The notes under the pieces were generated by a model. That model saw only the letters and a list, made by a program, of their open reading frames with translations. It made no database searches and was not told the DNA's origin. Positions 54,815 through 60,647 of a stretch of DNA of 60,647 nucleotides are shown in pieces (positions within the stretch are counted from its first letter, which is position 1; every line of letters starts with the position of its first letter). Location of the stretch: positions 1 to 60,647 of the forward strand of contig JBNKZR010000001.1 of assembly GCA_050301735.1 (NCBI GenBank), in the 5' to 3' direction. A program made the translations under genes and the position numbers. The DNA is from Polyangiaceae bacterium. Its GTDB lineage: Bacteria; Myxococcota_A; Polyangia; Polyangiales; Polyangiaceae.

Positions 54815-57800
54815 GAGTCCACCCACACCGTGTTGCGAGGCGGAGTGAGTTCCACCTTCTCTGTCGTTACCTTGTTGGATTCACTGCCCGAGACGCCGCC
54901 CACCTGATACACCAGGAAGAACTTACCGGGCGTCACCGTCGAAGTCGACGTGTGCTCGCCGTAGTTGCCCAGGTACGGATCTCCGCTGAAGTCTTCGAGC
55001 TCCGTCGAGCAGCTTGGTTGCTGCTCGATACTGACACCGAAGACGACGCCTTCTGATGGGTCTGTCGACTTTTCCGGTTCGAGGCTTCCTTCCGGCGGAG
55101 GCAACGCGCCCGCAGCGCCGTTCATGGGATTGATCGTCTCGGCGTCGTCGGCTTCGTCGGCAGACAGGATGTAATTCAAACCCCAGACTCGACTGCTGCC
55201 GGTGGCGCACTGGTCCGCCGTGCTCGCTGCCGGAGTGGACGAAGCGAAGTACAGGCTGCTGCCGAACAAGCTCATCGGACCCGTCACGCGTTCACCGATG
55301 TACTTGCCTTCGCCGCAGGTTCCGTCGCAGCCCAGCGACTCGATCCAGTTGACCTTGGCTTGGAACTCGTTTTCTTCGCTCAGGACCTCCGTGAGCGAGA
55401 ACACCCGATTGAGCATGCTGGTGCTGGCCGTTTGTATGCGCTGCTCACCGGTCGCGGCGTTGACGGTGATCTGCCCGACGGAGTCGACGCTGACGATGGG
55501 TGCGAGCTCGATGGGTTGTCGCTTGCTGACGGCCTTGTCGAAGTAGGCGTCGAAGAACACCTTCATCGTCCAGTCCGCAGGGTTACTCTTGGACACGTCC
55601 ACTCGCCAGATGCGGCCTTCACGGTCACCGACGAAGATACGATCGGCGACTGAGCCCGTCGCCCCGGGAAAAGCTGCGGGCTGCCCAACGATTGGGGCAG
55701 GGATGTCCACCGCTTGCACCACACCGGTGTCGAGCGTATAGGTTACCTCGGGTGTCCGGAAGCTGCGCACGACTTCACCTGTATCCAAGCGAACGATGGT
55801 CAGACTACGCGCCGCAGCCGCTCCATCGTACTCGTTGACCGTCGTCGCCGCGCTGAAGGTTTCGTCTGCGGTGTCCATCAACGGTCCGGCCTCGGTCGTT
55901 TCGCCGGTGCGCGCACCCGCGTCGCCGCCGGGTAACACGGCGACTGCGACCTCCTTGCCTGGATCCGCATCGGAAGACTTGAGGAAGACCGTCGTGATGA
56001 GCGCTGCGCCGCCGTCGCCGAACAGGTCGTTGCCGTTCGCGTCCTTGGTGATCTGCCACAGGAACTTGGGCCCTCCGTCAGCAGTTTCCGGATCGGTAAC
56101 GTCGATGGCGAAGTAGCCTTTGCCCACTTGCCCTTTGCCGAAACTCGACAGCAGCACCGTGCTCCAATCACCGCCGCCCTCCTGGGCGTCGGCGCGAGTC
56201 CGCTCGTAGTTGACGTTGCCGCCCACCGCCCGCGCGGGTACGTCACGGACTTGGATCGAACCGTCGAGGATCGTGGCTGGGGTGTTGGGGTATTGCGATT
56301 GCAGGACCGGTAGTACCGCCGGGGGAAAGAACGACCACAGCTCGTTGTTGGCCTTGCTGTTGACGTCGTTGTCTGGATCGGGAACGAGGGGGGCCGTCTT
56401 CATGGCGTGGAGCTGGCCGTCGATAGTCGCGACGTACAACACGGACGGACGTTCTTTGCCCATCTGCTCGCGGGAGAACGCGGCGTAGGACTCGTCTCGC
56501 AAGAACTCGTTGGGCCTGCCTGGCACGAGGCGCGGGGTCGAATGGTAGATGGCGCCAAAGACGTTGCAGTTGCTACCCGCGGTCGCGCAGCGGGTTTCAC
56601 CCTCGGCGTTGGTCAGTCCCACGTTCCAGCCCAAGATGGCGTCTTTGCATTGGCCCGCGATCCCAAGTTCACAGTCCTCGTCGCCAATCTCCATGTCGGC
56701 GGCGCTCACGGCGGACACGAAGGAGGTGGCCTGCAACGCGTCGGTTTGTGAACCATTGCTCACCCCAATGCCATCGACGTCCGAGGTGATGCGGGGTCGT
56801 AGGGTCTCGCCGGCATCGCTGCCCGACGAGGGGAGAAAGGTGACGAATCGGCGCGCTGGGCCCGCACCCGAGTTGACGTTGGCCGCGAAGTCGTCGCCTT
56901 CGTCTTCGTCCACGTCTTGCGCTTCTGGTGCGCCGTCGACACATAGAATCCGCGTGCGCGTGAGGTTACCAGCCCAGGGCTCTTCCACCAGGGGTACGAA
57001 ACTCGAGCTGAACTGATGGGAGCCGCCGTTGGCACCAGCTCCCGCAGAAGCGAAGACCGCCGACGTGCGTGTCGTCAGGTTGACCGTGACGTCTTTGAGC
57101 ACCTGCGAGAACGTGCGCCGCAGATCGGTGCTGTTCTGCGGGAAGTACGCCGTTCGGGGCGAACCGTCGGAGTTGGGGTCACGTCCGGCCGCCGCTATCT
57201 TGTTCAACGTGCAGCAAGCCATGACGCCACGATTGCTCTGGTTCTCGGTGGAGTTGCACTGCTCCTCCGTCAAAGCCGAGCAAGGCATCTGCGTTTCCCC
57301 GGCTGGCGTGACCTCGTTCAACGCGAACCCGATCACGACGGTCTCGACGTGTTGATCTGGGTCTTGAGGCGCCGGCGGGCTCAGGAGCTGAGCGGCGATT
57401 TCCTCTGGCTTGTCGTAGGGACAGATGCCCGCGACGGTGGTCTCCGCGCCGCCTTCGCAATGGGGTCGCAAGTCGAGGTTGGGTTCACCGTCGCTCAGTA
57501 GGATGATCATCGAGCGACGACAGTCCGTCGCCTTGGTGGCTGGGTCATCGAAAGGGCCGAAGTCCTCGTCGGTGTTGAGAGGGTCGGAGGATTGATCGTA
57601 CCAGAAGAAGTCTCGGGCATCGTGCATCATGCCGGCGATAGGCGTTGCGCCGTAGGGGCGCGTCGCCAAGAGCACGTCCTGAATGTGCTCGTTCTTCAGG
57701 TTGAGCTCGGCGGTGTTGGCGTTGGGCGCTCCGAAGTTCACCATGCGCCCTTCCCACGGTGGTGCCGCACTGTTTCGGGCGCCGACTTCTTGCGTCTGCA

Positions 57801-58563
57801 GGGTTTCGCAGTCCGCGGGCTTGCCTTGGACAGGCTCGTCGATGAAGTAACTCCATGTGCCAGCCATGCCGCCAGCGACGTCCATGGCGCCAGCTTCGGT
57901 CAGACCGGTGCCCGCGTTGGTATGCGAGTCGAAGGTCATCAAGCCGAAACGGACCTTCTCTTTGAAGACGTCCAAGATGCCGTCGCTGGCCTGAGTGAAG
58001 CCAGCGCAGCCGTCGTGCGTGGCTAGATTGGTCGGGCGAACCACCGTGGCCGGCGCCGAGAACTGAAACGTGTTCACTCCCCGTGCAGGCCATTGATGGG
58101 GGGCGTTCACATCCGGCAGCACTCCGGGCCCGACGGTACAGCCGTTGCTGATTGCACGGTTGAAGGGGTTGACGTAGCCGAAGTCGTACGGAGCGACGTT
58201 GTTGATCGTGTACTCGTCCCGAAACGCATCCGACGAGCGGTCCTGCGCGAAGCAGCTATAACCACTGAGCGTTCCCGTCATCACTTCCACGAGATCGATC
58301 CAACGACTCCGTTCGTTGGTGGCGTTCGGGTCGCCCGGGTTGCAGGTGGGGAGCTCGTTGTCCGCCGACCGAAACTCCATCGAACCCGAGGTGTCGACCA
58401 GCAGCATGACGTTGGGCAGAGGGCGCTCGACGTCGCTCTGCGCTGCAGCGTTGCCTGGCACGAACGTCAACATCCCCGTTGCAACGGCTACCCAACGCGC
58501 GCGCCAGCGCACCTCGGTGTGAGGAGGGCAGGCGGTGGCGGAAAGTTGGTTCTTGCGTTGCAT
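54793..58563 (-). CDS. pilY1: PilY1-like type IV pilus tip protein (N-terminal vWA + C-terminal PilY1 beta-propeller)
   Basis: 1256 aa. Signal 'WVAVATGMLTFVPGNAAA'. The vWA MIDAS motif 'LLVDTSGSME' is at 58381-58395. The PilY1-propeller hallmark is 'LYVATIDGQLHAMK'. It sits immediately after pilX/pilW. Confidence 0.85.
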   Translation of the reverse strand: MQRKNQLSATACPPHTEVRWRARWVAVATGMLTFVPGNAAAQSDVERPLPNVMLLVDTSGSMEFRSADNELPTCNPGDPNATNERSRWIDLVEVMTGTLSGYSCFAQDRSSDAFRDEYTINNVAPYDFGYVNPFNRAISNGCTVGPGVLPDVNAPHQWPARGVNTFQFSAPATVVRPTNLATHDGCAGFTQASDGILDVFKEKVRFGLMTFDSHTNAGTGLTEAGAMDVAGGMAGTWSYFIDEPVQGKPADCETLQTQEVGARNSAAPPWEGRMVNFGAPNANTAELNLKNEHIQDVLLATRPYGATPIAGMMHDARDFFWYDQSSDPLNTDEDFGPFDDPATKATDCRRSMIILLSDGEPNLDLRPHCEGGAETTVAGICPYDKPEEIAAQLLSPPAPQDPDQHVETVVIGFALNEVTPAGETQMPCSALTEEQCNSTENQSNRGVMACCTLNKIAAAGRDPNSDGSPRTAYFPQNSTDLRRTFSQVLKDVTVNLTTRTSAVFASAGAGANGGSHQFSSSFVPLVEEPWAGNLTRTRILCVDGAPEAQDVDEDEGDDFAANVNSGAGPARRFVTFLPSSGSDAGETLRPRITSDVDGIGVSNGSQTDALQATSFVSAVSAADMEIGDEDCELGIAGQCKDAILGWNVGLTNAEGETRCATAGSNCNVFGAIYHSTPRLVPGRPNEFLRDESYAAFSREQMGKERPSVLYVATIDGQLHAMKTAPLVPDPDNDVNSKANNELWSFFPPAVLPVLQSQYPNTPATILDGSIQVRDVPARAVGGNVNYERTRADAQEGGGDWSTVLLSSFGKGQVGKGYFAIDVTDPETADGGPKFLWQITKDANGNDLFGDGGAALITTVFLKSSDADPGKEVAVAVLPGGDAGARTGETTEAGPLMDTADETFSAATTVNEYDGAAAARSLTIVRLDTGEVVRSFRTPEVTYTLDTGVVQAVDIPAPIVGQPAAFPGATGSVADRIFVGDREGRIWRVDVSKSNPADWTMKVFFDAYFDKAVSKRQPIELAPIVSVDSVGQITVNAATGEQRIQTASTSMLNRVFSLTEVLSEENEFQAKVNWIESLGCDGTCGEGKYIGERVTGPMSLFGSSLYFASSTPAASTADQCATGSSRVWGLNYILSADEADDAETINPMNGAAGALPPPEGSLEPEKSTDPSEGVVFGVSIEQQPSCSTELEDFSGDPYLGNYGEHTSTSTVTPGKFFLVYQVGGVSGSESNKVTTEKVELTPPRNTVWVDSWAPIFE

Positions 58564-58566
58564 GGG

Positions 58567-59271
58567 TCAGTTCACTGGTCCGAATGTGATTTGGGCTCTC
58601 AAGGTTTGTAGCCCTGAGGTCGTGGCGAAAGCCTCGTTGCAGGTGCCGTCGTCGTCGTCAGGGTTCCCCGCGGGTCGCACTTGGCCTGTAGCTGTCACCA
58701 CGACCTGCATGTATTTGAATTGATCGGCGGCGACGTCTTCACCAGCGATGGGACCACCCGCCCGCGCGAGATCCGTCAGCTCGACGATGAATGCGCCCTC
58801 GGAGTTTGCTCGGCTCATCTCGCCGAACAGGGTTGGGCTGGCAAGTGTGCCGACGCTGCCGGGAAACGCCGTATTGGTGCGGTTCCAGATCTCGCTCGAC
58901 AGTAATTTGTAGCAAGGCGGACGTTCCGGATCGAGCACCGCCGCCAACTCGCGTGTGGCACGGCAGTCGTCCGTGCCACGAGAGATGAACTGGAAGTAGT
59001 GCTGCTCCTTACCTACGAGTTCCGCCATCACACTGCGGGCGGCGAACTCCGTGACGTACGTGGTTTGTACGCCCATGCGATTGAAGCCCACCGCCTGCTC
59101 CGCGAGGCTGGCCGCACGCATCGAGTAGAGCCCGATTGCTGTCATCAGGGTGATGACCATCACTACGATGAAGAGCGTGCTGCCGCGTTCCTCGCCCCGC
59201 TCGAGTCGCTGGCGACGCTTCGACGGGGGGCTTGGTCCAAGCGCCTTCTTTGCGGGAGGCATCATTGCCAC
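58567..59271 (-). CDS. pilX: PilX-like minor pilin/assembly protein
   Basis: 234 aa. The PilX N-terminal domain style is 'RGSTLFIVVMVITLMTAIGLYSMRAASLAEQAVGFN'. It overlaps pilW by 10 nt and ends 3 nt before pilY1. Confidence 0.7.
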   Translation of the reverse strand: MAMMPPAKKALGPSPPSKRRQRLERGEERGSTLFIVVMVITLMTAIGLYSMRAASLAEQAVGFNRMGVQTTYVTEFAARSVMAELVGKEQHYFQFISRGTDDCRATRELAAVLDPERPPCYKLLSSEIWNRTNTAFPGSVGTLASPTLFGEMSRANSEGAFIVELTDLARAGGPIAGEDVAADQFKYMQVVVTATGQVRPAGNPDDDDGTCNEAFATTSGLQTLRAQITFGPVN

Positions 59272-60569
59272 GTGACCCCGGTTTGGTTGTGCAGCGCGAT
59301 GCGCGCCTGCACGGTGCGAACGCGCGCGTACGGAGCGAGCTGGCTCTGCAGATCGCCGCCTTCCTCGCCATCTGGCGGGCCATCACCCAAGCCGATGCGG
59401 TAGAGTGGGCCATCATCCACCGTGATCGTGCGCGTTCGGTCAGCCTCGCGCGAGCGCACGCTCAACCAGGCATGCACCGTGCGTATCATTTGGGGCCCGC
59501 TCGTTGCGTTCATCAACGTGGGATTTCCGGCGAAGGCGTTCATGTCGCCAGGGTCGTCGATGAACTCGAGTAGCTGACGTTGACTGCGGGCGACGGTCAA
59601 TCCAAAACGCAAGTCGACGGCATACTCCGCCACGAGTTCGGCGGAGTTGGCGATGACGGCGCCCGTGGGGTCGAGCTCTTCACGGATGAGCTCGGTGCGC
59701 GCGTCGTCGTACTCGGGCCCTGCAACGGCGTAGATCGGGGCATAGCGCGCATCGCCTGCCAAGCTGGCGAGGCGATAGCGGATGAAGTTGACGGTGTTGA
59801 TGAGCGCGCCCGTTTCTTCGCCTTTCAATCCACATCCGAGTGCGCTGGACTCTCGGAAGATGAGGTTTGGTGAGTTCCCTGCCAGCGTGACGATCGGGGT
59901 CGTTTCCGTGTCCAGGGACTCAATCGTGCCGTACTGGTGGCGACCAGACTTGTCGACGATGCGAACCGCTCTACCTACGGGAAAGACGTTGGAGAGGATT
60001 TCGGCACGGTTGGCGCCGACCTGGTTGTAGCCGAGCCTCGACAGCGGTCCGGAATTGACCTGCAGGTGAACACGGAAGTCCCCAGCGTCCGCGAACACCG
60101 CGCGGATGGGGAAAGCTTCTGTCGACGTGAAGTTACCCGCGATGGTGATCGCTTGCGGAGACAGCCCGTTGTCCGACATCGGAGAGACGGCCGTCGGGTT
60201 GTCGATGCGGATGCTGGTCATCGTGCGGAGCTGTGCCGGCCAGGTGGCGTCGGTGACCGGCGTCCCGCACACGAAGGGATCCCGACGTACGTGCGGCGAG
60301 GCCATGAAGCCAGCGCGGGCGATGTCTGCGCGGAGGCGTTCGAACCCGACGAGACTGGCGAGATTGGCGTTCGCGATACGCGTCTCGCGCTGGTAGAGCG
60401 CCGAGGTGTTCTTGGCGACCATGAAGACTCCGATCGAAACGAAGAGGCCTCCGGCGAGCGTCACCATCAGCTCGACCAAGGTGAAGCCGCGTCGTCGTCT
60501 CGAGGCGCGACGCCTCCTCGATCGGTGCTGGGCGTGGGACGAGTGCGCGAGGCTTGGTCGGCGCTTCAT
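59262..60569 (-). CDS. pilW: PilW-like minor pilin (prepilin-type N-terminal cleavage/methylation domain)
   Basis: 435 aa. The class III signal is '...RRRRG/FTLVELMVTLAGGLFVSIGVF'. Size and position (before pilX-pilY1) fit PilW. The ATG overlaps the upstream stop (ATGA). Confidence 0.8.
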   Translation of the reverse strand: MKRRPSLAHSSHAQHRSRRRRASRRRRGFTLVELMVTLAGGLFVSIGVFMVAKNTSALYQRETRIANANLASLVGFERLRADIARAGFMASPHVRRDPFVCGTPVTDATWPAQLRTMTSIRIDNPTAVSPMSDNGLSPQAITIAGNFTSTEAFPIRAVFADAGDFRVHLQVNSGPLSRLGYNQVGANRAEILSNVFPVGRAVRIVDKSGRHQYGTIESLDTETTPIVTLAGNSPNLIFRESSALGCGLKGEETGALINTVNFIRYRLASLAGDARYAPIYAVAGPEYDDARTELIREELDPTGAVIANSAELVAEYAVDLRFGLTVARSQRQLLEFIDDPGDMNAFAGNPTLMNATSGPQMIRTVHAWLSVRSREADRTRTITVDDGPLYRIGLGDGPPDGEEGGDLQSQLAPYARVRTVQARIALHNQTGVTWQ

Positions 60570-60647
60570 TCTGGGAGTCCTCCCATCAATTGACGCAGGG
60601 CGGTCGACAGGTAAACGACGTGGAACAGACGTCGACCATCAGGTCCG
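60566..60647 (-). CDS. 3' end of the upstream operon gene (partial; pilV/fimU-type minor pilin expected by position)
   Basis: The minus-strand frame is open from the window edge to TGA 60566-60568 and translates to ...GPDGRRLFHVVYLSTALRQLMGGLPE*. Identity is inferred from the usual fimU-pilV-pilW-pilX-pilY1 order only. Confidence 0.35.
   Translation of the reverse strand, partial: GPDGRRLFHVVYLSTALRQLMGGLPE

Noticed and set aside
1-60647. Scan for CRISPR repeats, IS/transposase or integrase genes, tRNA/rRNA/tmRNA/RNase P signatures, toxin-antitoxin pairs and known defence-system genes
   Set aside because: I saw no regularly spaced direct repeats, recombinase-like ORFs, terminal inverted repeats or RNA-gene consensus blocks by eye. 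A proper tRNAscan/Infernal/PADLOC run is still needed to confirm their absence.

Overview
High-GC bacterial chromosomal window, densely coding on both strands, with about 45 protein genes. I found no rRNA, tRNA, CRISPR array, transposase, integrase or prophage signature. The gene style suggests a myxobacterium-like (Myxococcota) genome: many lipoproteins, a Ser/Thr kinase, a double-FHA protein, dispersed type IV pilus genes and Cys-rich secreted proteins. That taxonomic call is inference only.

Recognisable core genes:
- Left third: Glu/Leu/Phe/Val-type dehydrogenase, MoxR ATPase, mutS, rsgA, hrpB, argS, HAD-IB hydrolase, GT2 glycosyltransferase.
- Middle: polA, Ser/Thr kinase, ihfA, a MerR regulator, ssb, a beta-lactamase-fold serine hydrolase, pilC and a pilS-like kinase.
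- Right third: a hybrid histidine kinase, gcvT-gcvH-gcvPA, and a minor-pilin operon (partial pilV?, pilW, pilX, pilY1, lipoprotein).

Between these lie several blocks of unassigned genes:
- Two tandem beta-propeller-like lipoproteins (4.9-9.7 kb).
- A lipoprotein, a GEVED/Cys-rich lipoprotein and two convergent SGNH paralogues (28.5-34.3 kb).
- A TPR protein plus four unknowns (39.9-45.7 kb).
- A regulator-like gene with a Cys-rich lipoprotein operon and a palindromic divergent promoter (47.6-51.0 kb).

No block matches a known defence, toxin or secretion system. The candidates I rate highest:
1. A bacterial homologue of the eukaryotic tRNA-queuosine mannosyltransferase family (GTDC1/QTMAN-like) transcribed behind rsgA.
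2. An orphan pilC-pilS pair with a sigma54-type promoter placed so that the transcript would be leaderless.
3. The Cys-rich lipoprotein/regulator locus.
4. Unusual features of the pilW-pilX-pilY1 operon.

All family calls come from motif recognition by eye. No searches were run.
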